In this document: positions 50,176 to 63,040 of the stretch, piece after piece
Layout: every line of letters begins with the position of its first letter
How positions within the stretch are numbered: position 1 is the stretch's first letter
From: Sphagnum compactum
Taxonomy: Eukaryota
Direction of reading: 5' to 3'
DNA: 64,000 nucleotides
Assembly: GCA_965153455.1 (NCBI GenBank)
Contig: OZ234493.1
Span: 2,728,001-2,792,000 of the forward strand
The notes under the pieces: generated by a model
Told to the model about the DNA's origin: nothing
Seen by the model: the letters and a program-made list of their open reading frames with translations, nothing else
The model's database searches: none
Position numbers and translations under genes: made by a program

Positions 50176-53100
50176 TCAGTAGTTTTCCCAGCCATCTCGA
50201 TCAGCAGCCTGCTTGCTTTGGTTTGACTTTACTTGTCCAACATCTCTGGAATCTCTAGCCTGTCTGCTGGTTTTTCGGCTCTCTGATTTTTCATGTCTAT
50301 GTTTCCTCTTACCATCAGTTTGTCTGCTCAAAGACTTTTCACGTCTGCTTTTCCTTCTGCTGCTATCACGCTCTAGCTGAAAATGAGAGACTCCAGGACT
50401 AATGTCACTGTCATCACTGTAGCTTCTCTTTCTACTGCTGTATCCCCTTTCTGTATCAACCATAGCTTCCTGACTACTGGTCAGTTCCTCATCATCATAA
50501 CCATGAGGGGACCTATCTTCCAAATCTTCACTGCTAGAGCGGCGATGACTGCGAGTCCCTGACCTTCGGTCATGATGTCTACTTTGTGAGGAACACTGCC
50601 TGCTGGAGTCATGATATGATGACTTATGTCTCCGAGCATGGTGATGGTACTCATCATATTTCCCCTCATCATCATAGTCATGGTCCTTCCTTCGCCTTGT
50701 GTGCCGATTTTCAACAGAGTCCTGACTGTAGCCAAACAGCTTTGCCATCTTTGCTTGCCATGATCGAGGAGAAGGTGCATCCCAGTCAGCCCACTCATAC
50801 TCACCACGTGGATTTCGGAAAGAGTGTAAGAAGTTGCAAGCCGTACCATGAGAGCATGGCTGTTGGAAGACCAACAAAATGTATGAGATACAAGCAACAA
50901 CTTTCCTGTTGCAGGCAACATTAACTAACTGTTCAAAGGTAGTAAAAAATGCTGAAGCTTTCCATACAGGGTTGAGACATTGGTGAAAAAGTTTTGACTT
51001 GTTCAAAGTTGTTCTTAGATGCATTCCATGAATTTGTCAAGTGGTAAAAATAAAGATGAAGTACCCTGTAATTTGTCTTCAGGTACTCTCCACAGATTGC
51101 CACTCGCCATTTAGTAACTCCGACAAACTCACATGTTATCTGAAGCCAGACCATAGTTTTGAAGCAACAAGGTAAGGGTGCAACCCATCAACCCATTTAG
51201 ATACAATAGAAACAAGAAGCAATGAGACTTGTTCTGTGCTACAATATTTACAGGAAAGGGGTTTGTAAACACAGCCATGTTGAGAAACACCAGATGGCAC
51301 TAATTGTGTACCTGCTTGCCAGCATAAAAACGGCCATTGAGTGCATAATTTACAGGAAAGGGGTTTGTAAACACAGCCATGTTGAGAAACACCAGATGGC
51401 ACTAATTGTGTACCTGCTTGCCAGCATAAAAACGGCCATTGAGTGCATTGTAAGCAGCCATGGCTGACTCCTCTGTAAAGTAATGCACATACACATTGCC
51501 CCGTAGATGTGGTGATCCATTTCTACACACCTGGAGCACTTCAAGATCATCATCAGGACTGAAAAAAAAGTGAACCGTGGTGTCAGAGTTTTGCAAAATA
51601 GAAGGTTCAAAAAAGCATCCTCTCTGGCAGCAGCCCAGAATGAGTTTCATGTGGCTACCTTGAAATTGACAAGCTCCCCAAACTGTAGGAACTCAGAATG
51701 TACATCATCGTAGAATTCTTCATAGTGTTGGGCAATCTCCTCGTCAGTGTACTGTCATTCAGCAGGGGCCACACACTAGATGAATGAAAGGGTGTGTACC
51801 AACAAGAGCGCTAAGTCCCATGTCACTCGCCCAGATGCCAGTCCACCACCTTACATACGTGTCAAGGCTTTTGCAATAAAAGGGATGGGAACAATTCCCT
51901 TCAAAAACAGTCCTGTCCGTTTACCACAACCTTAAAAGTCCCCAAGATATCCAGGGCTTAAGATTCTATTAGCAGTGCCAGGTATCTTCTATTACCATGG
52001 AGCATCAGACAAAGTATAACTACTGTTTACCATGGATTGGAGAACCCACTATTCACCTAGACAAGAATATCATCGCATCTGAACATCTGACCATTCAAAC
52101 ACAAACAGAAAACCCAACTCAACGAGGCACCATCATTCCAACTGACAGCACTGGCAGGACCAACCTGTGCTTCTAGATATGTGATGGCAAATAGAACTTC
52201 AGATTTGAATACAATAATTAGCTTGTTCATCAATCCTCATGACTTGCAGGGCAAAGGGCTAATGGAAGTAACGAGGGAGGGAAGGAGACTTTGACCAAGA
52301 TGTACACAACAAATAAACAAAGAGAGCAAACCAGCATGAAATGTAGAAAGTGAGCTTATTCCAGGCAGGATACACCAGGGTGTTGCTTTCTTTGCATGTC
52401 TTCAGTGGTAGGTGCTGCCCACCTCCCTGTGCAGTAAGCTGTGAGCCTTCTCAAGGAAAAAGACTGTAGGATGGAAGAACAAAACCATATTGGATCTACA
52501 TAGCAAAACTGACATTGAGAAGTCGGCCTTCCAAACAAAACAAACATTGGACCACTGCCACCTTAACCCATCATTTCTGACAAGTGAAAAGCCCTAGTAT
52601 AGTTACCAACAGGACAGGTCAATGATGGATACATCCTATGATCTGGTGAACAGCTGAATCATTTGAGTTGTAACTGCTCCCGATAGCTAGAAAACATTGG
52701 TTGCAAGAAAATGGGAAAAATATGACAGCAGCACACAAACCTCAAGGCCATCTTGGTGGTCCCAGGCAAGGCCAGGGCCAGTGTACATGGAACGAATGAG
52801 CAATGTGACAGCTTTGTCATTGAACACAGGATGCACACGACTGCATCGCACTCCAAAGCGGCACACACCGGTTTTGATGTAGAATGGGCAGTGTTTCTTA
52901 TCCTGTACCACCAAACCCCCAAATCCTTCAGTTAAGAACTGACAATCAAGTGCCACTATACATGCACAATGAGAATAGCCTTGACACCAAACAATGCTCA
53001 GTTCAAGCTCTTAAACCTAACTTGCAAATCAAGCCAGCAAAGGAAGATGGCTATTTTACCTGCTCCGTTCCATAATTTGCACATTGAGCTACTTCCTCAT

Positions 53101-54190
53101 GCACAGTCGATGTAGCACTACTATTCTTGTGAGAATGAAATGCAGTGCTCTGTGGTGGCAATGGGTTTGAGGTTGATCGGTTAGCATCCTGTCAAGCATG
53201 CAAATCATGTAAGTCTTCAAGACATCAAATGATTAATTAGTTTTTCAAAAGTTATGACCAACCATGTTTAAGTACAAGGATAGATCTCATGTAAAAGAAG
53301 AAAACAAATCCAAAGCTCCCAAAGCCTTAAGGCAGCATAGCTCTTTCACATACATTGGGAGCAGGCTAATAATACAAGAAACCTTCTACTGAAGAGACAC
53401 AAGAGTGGGGTTGGAAATGTGAGGAACAAAATGAGTACCTCAAGGAGATTTGACTTGAGCACCTTCCTCTTAGCTTTTTTGACAATGATCTCATTTCCTT
53501 GCCATATGATTTCTGCAGGTCCATCCTCCACATACTCCCAACCATCCTCATCTTCCTTCTCTGTTTCCTTAAGTTTCCATTCCTCTTGCTTCACATCCAT
53601 CACCACATCAACCCTTAAAAAGTCTGAAGATATTTCCTGTGACTCTCAGACTACTTGTTGTGATTATTTCTTTACACGGAGAGCCACGTTAAGTAATCAG
53701 CCAGTTCTTCTTTATCGTAACTGTGACTACATTAAGACACCAAACTAGACTGTGTCTTCAAGCTGGAAGTTTTGCAAAAAAAAGCGCATGGCATCTGTCC
53801 CTGACAATATGAGGAAAGAGGCTAGAAAGCACGGGCATCGATGTCGCTCCTCTTGGACAAGAAAGTAAGCTAGAGAACAGCCCCTCAAAGACATGTCAGT
53901 TTCAAAAGAAGTTCAAATCCTTGATATACCTTCCTTGCAGCAGCTTCTTCTTGTTTCCGCAACGCATCCTGGCGAGCTTGCTCCTCCCGCAGCAACCAAA
54001 GCCTCTCCTGCTCTTCGTGTTCTCTTCTTTCTTTAGCCAATTCTTCCGCCTCCAATTGTTGCCGCCTGAGCAACTCCTGTGTATCAAGTACGACGGCCTC
54101 CTCCTTTTGCCTATCTACCTCGGCAGCATGTTGCCTGTCCTGCTTCCGCTTCAATTTCTTCGCATTCTTCCTCTTCTCCTTCCGCGACAT
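50176..54190 (-). CDS. ZRSR2: U2AF35-related protein URP/ZRSR2 (maize RGH3, At1g10320-like): CCCH-UHM-CCCH plus RS-rich tail, 8 exons, ~572 aa
   Basis: Minus-strand exons 54190-53930, 53636-53439 (acceptor less certain), 53188-53060, 52902-52741, 51751-51659, 51530-51414, 51139-51065, 50859-50176 (1719 nt, all introns phase 0). Motifs: [137 protein letters not shown]. Confidence 0.92.
51246..51448. repeat. 102-bp-period tandem duplication spanning the ZRSR exon 6 / intron 6 boundary
   Basis: ATTTACAGGAAAGGGG...CATTGAGTGCAT at 51246-51346 and 51348-51448; the two copies appear identical. Confidence 0.95.
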
Positions 54191-54603
54191 GGTTACCAAT
54201 CCTTGCTCAAAAGAAACACACGCATAGAAACGGGAACATTACAGCTACTATAAAAGCTCACAAGATAAACAAGGACGAAGAGAACTCGTCAAGCGCTTAT
54301 GATTACGCCGGTGATCGAAACCCTGAGAAAAGAACCTCCCTCATCACCTTCCTCTTAACTCCCAAACCAAAACCTCCAAGAAAGAAAAGAAAAAAAGAAA
54401 ACCTTAACCAATTTTCTTTTCAAATGCAAAACCGCAAGTTAGACAAAGGATGAGGTGATAGCTGATGCCAAGGAGCCCAAAAAAAAAAAGCTAAAAAAAT
54501 AGCGAAAGAAAAGATTACAAACGAAGAGACACTGTGGCGGGATGATACGAACACCGACTGTTAGGTTGCGAAAGCTTCGTCGCGGTGACGAAGACGGAGC
54601 TCC

Positions 54604-54612
54604 AAACCCTAA
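54604..54612 (+). promoter_or_regulatory. Telo-box AAACCCTAA near the likely ZRSR transcription start
   Basis: Motif at the edge of the GC-rich 5' region. Telo-boxes are common in plant RNA-processing genes. Confidence 0.45.
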
Positions 54613-55059
54613 ATTGTTTTAAAGCCTTTTCTCAATTCTCCAATGTCCGAAATCCTGTTAACATGACCCCCAACCCCATAACCGTTCAAAATAAGGTGGT
54701 CCTAAATATGTACTACAAAATTTTGGGAATCTGAAAGAAAATTTTGGCGAGAAATGATGTTCAAAACGTTGTTTTGTGACAGCAATTTGGGAGTTTGGTT
54801 TTCAAAGCAATGTCCCTTTACCTTTACCTTCATGTTAGATTCAATGGAAATTTTTTTTTTAAAATAATTGATAAAGAGAATTCTTTAAAAATTCATAAGA
54901 AATTTGATGAATTTATAGAAATTTGTACAATATTCAAATTGGAGCAATGAAATTGTGAAATTTTGGTCAAATGTTCACTTCACCCATCTCATACTTGGCA
55001 ACTATCCAACTCTCTCTCTCTCTATGCACTTGCTACAAATTTTGGATGTTAGACAACAC

Positions 55060-55300
55060 CTACCACATGCCATAGTCATCTAGAATCTCTCAAACTTCTC
55101 TTGTATGACTTCCCTAACAAATGAAGGAATAAATTGAACAATGCTTGTAGAATTCCTGAAAAAATAACCATTTTGCACAAAAATGCAAATTGGGAAAATT
55201 GCAAACCATAATGTCATTAAAAACAAAACATACAAACTCTCTTGATTTTCTTCCCTCAAAATTCTAGTCCATAGTTGTAGGTTCTTGATCCCCCATGCAT
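55060..55300 (-). mobile_element. Highly decayed PIF/Harbinger transposase N-terminal remnant
   Basis: RILREENQESLYVLF...FFRNSTSIVQFIPSFVRE..QEKFERF*MTMACG loosely resembles the R.RE.GHE.LY..YF / LF.RIV..I..FD.YF.QK / QK....RMLAYG blocks. Confidence 0.4.
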
Positions 55301-56571
55301 CTCCATCATCATGGAATGGCAAAGGTGAAAGCTCGCTACCTTAGGAATAAATACAAGATTACCAAATTTAATTTCATTGCTCTTTTGTTGTAAACCTAGT
55401 TTTAGACACAACATGATTAAACATGAATTGAAACTAAAACATTCAGGCTAAAATGCATTTGACCATTAACTCAGCAATATCATCATCTATGAGTAACTCT
55501 TCTAATTCCTATTATTCAATGGGCTTATCATTTACATATTCACCATCATCGTAAAATGAACATTTTGTGTTCAATAACATGGCCTCTATTTGAAAATCTT
55601 TCTAAAATGCCCTCAATAATCCACCACTTTCCCCGACCTTTTATAATCATGTCACCATTAGATCTCACAACCTTATAAGCCTCAAAAAACCAAATTCATA
55701 AGTTATTTTGCAATATTTTGAGAGAAAGATCAAGATCAATTTCATTGGCTTCATTTTGTATGTGTGCTTTGATAAACAATGTTCAACAACAATCTAATAG
55801 ATTTTTTCATCAATGTGTTAACATGGCGTGAACAACAAAAGGCACAAAAGGCCCTCTTTAATTGGTGTTGCATTCCTTTTATAAACACAGAGTGTCAATG
55901 GCCTTACGAAGAGCGCAAGCCACTTACCTCTCGAAGCGGGTTGTTATTGCAGGGGAAGGTTCTTCTAGGTTTGGAGTTTTATCGAGTTTACCTCCCCTTT
56001 TTTTAATTGATATATTTCATGCAACTAGTGGAGTTTTCAATACTTAATGGTTCCCTATCCTCCTTGTGGCCCACCTCTATTGGGTCGTTTGTTTGCGTAA
56101 ACTTTGGTCCTTACCCCTTGTTATTTTTCTCTCCCTTTCTTGGGTGTTTCATTTTTATAAAAGTTAACAAGGTTTCATCATCATATTAACCATTGTTTCA
56201 ATTGTGTCATGAATTCACATTTCAAGGGCATGTAAAGAACATTAGCTAACCAAAGCTTTGAAGTGCAATTTGTCGAAATAAAAAAAATGCTTCATGTTTC
56301 ATCCATGAAAGAAATGCCTTTGACTTGTGCACTAACCAACAATCTAAAAACCAAATCATCTTTTGGCTTGGGGGCAACTTTAGATGTCAAGTTCTTCATA
56401 TTTTCACAATATAGATGTAAAATATGTTGCACAAATTTTTGACATGTTTTTATGTTTGATCAATGATTGATAAAATTGATAAAATGGAAGCCAAAATTTA
56501 AACACATCTTCACATGAAGAGTTTTTGGCAAACATTGAGTTGTTGTATTTTTTAATATTATTTGCATGTGA

Positions 56572-56980
56572 AGGTGCAAACAGGATAACACAAACAACAC
56601 CCGCCTACTTTTTTATTATTTTTGTGACTATTTTTAAAAATATTCTTTAAATATCTTTGAAATTTTTTTTTAAAATTTTCAAAATATTTTATTAAGGTTT
56701 ATGTTAAAATTTTGGTAGAAAATGTTATTTTCAAAAAAATTCAAATCCAAGTCCTTTTACTGCTTAAAAACAAATGTTATAATGTTTAATGAGTGCTTTT
56801 GTTATTTTTAACTCATTGAATTAATTTTAAATTAATTTACATGTTCTCATGATATGTTAAAAATATAACTATATAAACAAATTTTACAATTTCAACATCA
56901 AATTAAATTATGACTTTCAAACATGAAAAAATCAAACAAACATTATACTTGTTATGGTACATGTTATTATGATTGCACCT
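56572..56980 (+). mobile_element. MITE-like element, copy 2 (homolog of 961-1391)
   Basis: AGGTGCAAACAGGATAACA ... TGTTATTATGATTGCACCT, with shared internal blocks such as TTACAATTTCAACATCA.ATTAAATTATGACTTT.AAACATGAAAA. Confidence 0.75.
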
Positions 56981-57249
56981 ATGAAGCAAGGTGTCATTGG
57001 GTGTTGAAAGACACATAAGTTGTAACTTGAAGCTTATCTTCTATGCTAGTGGCTTTAATATTTTTAGAGCCTTTTTTTTCTCAAGTACACTCCCTAGCCA
57101 TGGGTACAAAATGAATACTTTAAAAACTAGATTATAAAAGGTTAGATAAATATCTCAAAGATGAATATCAAAAAAGTATCATTGTTACATTTCAAACAAA
57201 ATAAGGAAAGATTTTACATGTTTAATCTGTGTTAACAACCAACTTTGGA

Positions 57250-58100
57250 AGAATATCATATACTTCCACCAAATACCTATGTAATTTTGTATACCATAAA
57301 TTTTCCTAAAACTTCCTAATCTAAAGAAAGTTTGCCACATGTTATAATAGCACATTGATAACTCTAGTCTAATTGTGCTTTCAAGAATTTTCATGTCCAT
57401 GGTATGATTATTTTACATCTTCCAAATAGTTATAATGCACATGTAGATATAATTCCCAACATGATTGGTTAAACAATCCAACTATTAATGATTGTCCAAC
57501 ATCCATCATGATATTGAAAACAAAGAAGAATTATCTAGTGTCTTTGAGGCAAGATCACTTTATGAGGCCTTCCAACTCATTCCTTCAACTCACAAATATC
57601 AATAGTATGAATGATTTGAGTTGTTGCTTATCATAAAGACTTTAAGGAAACCTTTATAACTCCAATTGTTTTTCCCCCTTGGTGATTGCCTTCACAAATT
57701 TTGTCAAAAACAAGTTGTGGCACATGATGCATGTAATAAAATATTAAAAACCCACCTATTGAATTTGAATTTTCATAACCATCAACTTGAATAAAAAATG
57801 TTCTCTTCTTCATTAATATAAATTTCTTCTTACACCGTTCTATTTTTTCTACAACACAAAAGAACAAGCAAGAAACATTTGGTCCAACACATGCACTTCT
57901 TTGCCTTTTTCATAATGGCATCAATAATTGATAATGTTTTATATAATTTGAGAAAACAACTATAATGCTTTGTAGCAAGATAAATATGATGTCTCTATTT
58001 TTGAATATAATCTACACAAGCACAATCATTATAAACTTCCATGAGAAATTTCACCAACCTTGGTAGATGGTGATAAAATTTTGTAAGCAAAAGAAGTGGG
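57250..58100 (-). mobile_element. Possible very decayed CACTA (En/Spm) transposase remnant
   Basis: GFLIFYYMHHVPQLVFDKICEG...IGVIKVSLKSL loosely resembles the FF....H...HL...I...G....W....ER.LK.LK block of CACTA transposases. Many stops. Confidence 0.3.
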
Positions 58101-59749
58101 CTTCATAAATCCTTAAGGGTCATCATTGTGGTACCTTGGCAGCTTCGGCATAAATTAAATTATCTTTTAATTTTTGTAATTTCATAAATTTATAGCTTGA
58201 AAATATCAAAAAAGTTGTTTAAGATGTAAAAGTTTGATCTCCGTTCATTTTGAAGGGAGAATACTAAATGGACATTTATTTATCACTAAAAAATGTTCAA
58301 ACTGTTTGAAATATATATACCTTACAATAAATTTATTTTTTTACTATCAAAATTTTCAAAATAAAAAACCCAAATGCCAAACCAAAGAATTAAAATCAAA
58401 TTAATTATTTAGCATTTATGTGTTGAATCCGTCAAGGTACTATGGTATGTGTTAATTTTTCTAACTATGAACAACAAAAAGGGTATTGTTTAGGGGGTAT
58501 TATGTGAGGGAGCTATAAATTTTCCCACCCTATAATTATATGGAATTCTAATATTCATATATTTAAACCACCTAAATTAAAATTTTATGTTTGCATTGAA
58601 TTTTGGCAGCCTATATTTGTTTGATTTTTTAGTTTAAGTTGAAGGTGTGAGGAATGATGAAAGAAGGTAATTTGTGCATGATTAAACAAATAGCACACAT
58701 GAAATGTTCAAATTGAGCTTTTGAAAACACATTTTGAAAAAATACATTTCAATACCAAATCACATTTCAAATGATGAAAACTACGTGTATAATAAGCACA
58801 AAGTCATTACAAACAACAAAAATTTGGTAACAAAAATTGTGCCCAAAAAAGTTTAAATAAGGTTTTAAAATCAAAATAAACAAGGTGTGCATTGAAACCT
58901 AGGTGAGTGAACCATCAAGTTGTTATGTCTTGGCCTCCATCAACTCCTTGTCTTGATCAAACAAATGTCACTTCATTAATGCTACCTTTTTAATTTTGAA
59001 CCTTAAATATAAAATACATCATTTCCGTTTTATTAAATTGAACTTATTTATAACAACTAATACCTATTACACATATCTTGTACATATGTTATATTTCTTA
59101 TAGTACTAAATTATTAATTCATACCCTATATTAGTTATACTTGGATAGTTTTTTTTTTTGGACCCAATCCACTCACACCCAATTTCTTCAACTAAACTCA
59201 CATTTATCTGTTTGGGTTATGATATTTCTTCAAGTTCATTGTTGTTCACATAGGCTACCTAGTTTAGGGTAGACCATAGGGATTTCTCCATAAAAACCAA
59301 TGAATTGGATTATGTATTCAATTTCAAAAATTCCTTACATTTTTTAACATTTTTTCAATAATACAACCTTTTTTTTTTCAATGCACACAATTTTATATGC
59401 CACCTCACATCCAACTCTACATGTTGACAATTTACTAAAACTCATAGTTTATCAACCCCAATTTCACCCAAAAAGGCTTCAACTAACTTGCACAAAATTT
59501 TGTGTTTTCAACACCAACAGTAGTAGTTGGGACAATTACTCTCTCTACAAATAGTCCCTTCCCATTTCTACAACTTGCTACCTTCAAATGTTATTAATAA
59601 ATTCCCATGTGCCTTTCCAAACCTTTCACTTTATTATGATGACAAAAAAACAAGGAACAGGAAACATACATTAAAAAAACCAAAATTGAATATTTGAAAA
59701 TGACAAATTTGTTGAATCCGAAAACTTTATATCAAGAATTTGGTCATTG

Positions 59750-60260
59750 AAATTCACCTTCCCATATAGTACATGCAACAACTCACACATGTTAACTTGG
59801 AACAACATATAGAAATCAATATAACAAAGGGTTTTTTAAAGTTGTTTACATCCTTTGATTCTTTGCACTATTGTTGGAAGAACTATTAAATGTAAGATGG
59901 CAAGGCCAATTCATTTACAAAGACAAGAACAAAGCTATAAAAAATGTTGCAAATACAAAACCTTGGATATGGCATGACCATTTTGGTCTTGTTGGATGTA
60001 ACAATGATATCAATGTTTTGGACAGATCATCCTTGGTTATTAACATGTTGAGGGGTGCAAATAATGACCTCACATTTATGGTGAGTGGTGTGTTGGATCA
60101 TTAATTATTTACTTGTTGATGGAATTTACCCCAAATGGTCCATACTTATGCAAACAATCCATGAATGGCAAAGGGAAAAATGCTTCAAGAAACATGTGTA
60201 AAGATGTCAAAGGTGCTTCAAGTGGTGAAATCATGCTAGAGGTGGGCCACTTTAAGTAAA
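59750..60260 (+). mobile_element. PIF/Harbinger DDE transposase (Plant_tran-type) pseudogene
   Basis: SFDSLHYCWKN..WQGQFIYKDKNKAIKNVANTKPWIWHDHFGLVGCNNDINVLDRSSLV...DGIYPKWS..QTIHE.QREK...KDV matches the Harbinger catalytic motifs. Frameshifts and deletions are present. Confidence 0.85.
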
Positions 60261-62619
60261 AAATACAACATATAACTAATATGACAATGTACAATGAGTT
60301 TTTTCTTAATGACAACCTTTTGGCAATCCTAAAAAAATTTTTTTTTTAAATTTGGAATATGCATGACATTTTTTTGTAATCCAAAGTTCATTTTAAGTCA
60401 AAATTAACCTTGATCCAATGGTTAGATTAAAAGGATTGGATACATTCAATGTATACATAATGTATAACATGCAATTTTCTTACATCTATCGGGTGTCATG
60501 TTAGGTGAAATGCACCATTAACAAAAAAAAAAAATGCAAAATGAGGAAAAAAAAAAAGAAAAAAAAAGAAACGTGTCCAATTCAAGCATGGACTCCTCTT
60601 CATTATCAATGTTTTTTTTTGATGAAAAATATTTAATAATAATTTATGGTTTACAAACATTAAAAAATCACATGATCAAATTGTTTTAGCAAATGTAACA
60701 ACTTTTCAAATTTTGGTGGATTCCCTATTCTTAAATCATTATTATTCTTCACCTAAATTTTCATACAAAAATATCATCTATAACCTCAATTTCGAAGTAT
60801 AACTATTATTTTTCGTACTTTGTGACATTTATTAATTTGATCCAAATATATTTAGCACATACAAAATTTTCATCCTTTGTTGAATATTTTTTGAAAATTT
60901 AATTAAACCAAGTTCTAAACTTTTCAAATCTACCCAAAGTTCATTATATTGCCATGAAGTTCAATGTACATATCTTATCAAAAATTTGAAATGTCCAAAA
61001 ATGTATCTTATGACTATAGTTTTGGGGGATTTTAGTGTGCTTTCACCCCAAGGTGCTACAATCATGATTTGCAATTGTGCAAAATTTGAATATGATACGC
61101 TCTCAAAAGCTTGTTACAAGGTTTTGAAGGCAAATTTTTCAAAAAGTATGTTGCAAAAGATTTTTAAACATTGGGTGTGATCCTAGTTCCACACATTAAA
61201 ACAGAACAATCATGTGAGAACTCCAATATGGGACTAAAACGAGCTTTTCAACTCAAATTCACAATGGTATCAAATTACACAAACCAAAGAAACAAATGGT
61301 TAATGCATTTGGAATCAATTTGATTTGTGGACAAACCACGAGCTTTCATGGATTCACAAGACTCATCACAACTTAAATTTGGTAGGAATTGTCATCTTCC
61401 TCCCAATAATCTATTTTGTAGCTACCCTAGGGGACTATATCAAAGTGGTTTGAATCTTAGGGCTTTTAGGATTCATTCATAATTTTAAGACAAATAGTGT
61501 CTCAAACTTTTTAAAAACATGATGAACCTTCAAATGTAACCATATGGGACATGTAACTCATTTTTTTATAACCTTGAAAAGATCTTTCCAACACCATATC
61601 TAGCTCCTAATTTTGACATGTTTTACCCCTTTAAACAACATTATAAATGTGAGGGACATTTTGCAAACACTTGGAAAGACACAAGACATTTTTTTCCTAA
61701 CTTTTCAAATGGCGATATCTTTTGTCCATTAAATTGTTTTTTGACAATGTGACCTCGTCACATGGTACGTAGCTTGCAGTGAAATCTTTTTAACAAATTG
61801 AAGATCATTTGATTTAGAGGACTTTAATCTCGCATATTGTCTTTTAAACATTTGAGATTCCTTGACAATCCCAACTTGCAAAGTGGGAGATTACCTGAAG
61901 AGCTTTAGGATTTCTTCCTTTTGATTCCCACACATTTTCACTTCTTATAAAAATATGTTTACATTTTTTTGCATGCATTCCATATTTTGGTCCCTTGCGC
62001 AAGTTGATCTTGGAACTTGAAAATCTTCATTTTCCTTTCATCCCAAGGACATTTTGTTGACCATCTTAGGAGTTGACTATATACACATCCAAATTAAAGT
62101 TGTAACAAAATAAGTAATGGGATAGAAATGTGGTTTTAGATATTCTTCATGCTTGTGTGATTGTTCACAACATGACAACGGATGAAAATAATTAATTTTG
62201 ATTGTAATTGTGCTTTCTCAAAGGTAGGCCGGTTGGTTCAAACATGGATTATCATTTGAAAGATTTCACATACATGAAAATGAAAACATAGAATGTCATT
62301 GCAAATTGAAGAATTTCATTTTTAGTAGAACTTTTATGGGCTTTCAAGGGTCATGACCATGTCAGTTGAATGAAATTATGCTAAGGTATGACCTATTACA
62401 TATAATTAGCTTGTAGAGCATGTGTTGACTATTGCAATGATGCTCTCTTTTGTCAATTCATAATTTGTGTCAATAATATCACCCACTAAAGTTCCAACGT
62501 TGCCCACCAAAGTTGAAACATGTGTGGGATTTGTAATGTTGACCACCAAATTTGTGAAATTTGCAAGAGTTGCAACAATTGTCAAAATGATAGACAATGT
62601 CACTCAAGGTCATAAATTT

Positions 62620-63040
62620 TTAAGTTATTTTGATGTTTGAAGCTTGAATTACTCTTGAGCTTCATTTGTCTACACTTGGTCTTTTAGCAGAATCAATGCA
62701 ATGTTAATCCTTACAGATTTATGACTTTTTTAGGATGGCAATTGTCATTTTATTATGGCCTTTGCATGAACTTTTAGTGTTTTGATTTTGGCTAAGTTTT
62801 CAAGCTCTCTTAAGTTGTTTTCTTTCCTAGTGTCCTTTCCCCATAGAGTCCCTAGACAATGTCTCAACATCAAGAACTTGATTTTGATCATAGTTTTAAC
62901 ACATTTTGTCCCAACATGTGTTTGCATTTTAATTGATTCCTATGAATGGGTATTGCAAGATATGGAGGTACGAACAACAAAGTTGCCATTCTTTTTCCAT
63001 AATAAAATTCTTCCCTTTTTTCCCTGTCATGGGCGTGGAA
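62620..63040 (-). mobile_element. Harbinger accessory Myb/SANT-like (NAM-associated C-terminal type) ORF remnant
   Basis: GKKGKNFIMEKEWQLCCSYLHILQYPFIGIN...TCWDKM resembles RGKNF..EE..QLCRS.LH.SQDP..G..Q....FWERI. It is followed by a charged tail with stops. Confidence 0.55.

Noticed and set aside
53637-53929. U12-like branch motif TTACTTAAC (53696-53688, minus) in ZRSR intron 1 as a U12 autoregulatory intron
   Set aside because: There is no RTATCCTT donor, and acceptors 10-20 nt downstream of the motif lead to stops in all frames. It cannot be supported without RNA data.
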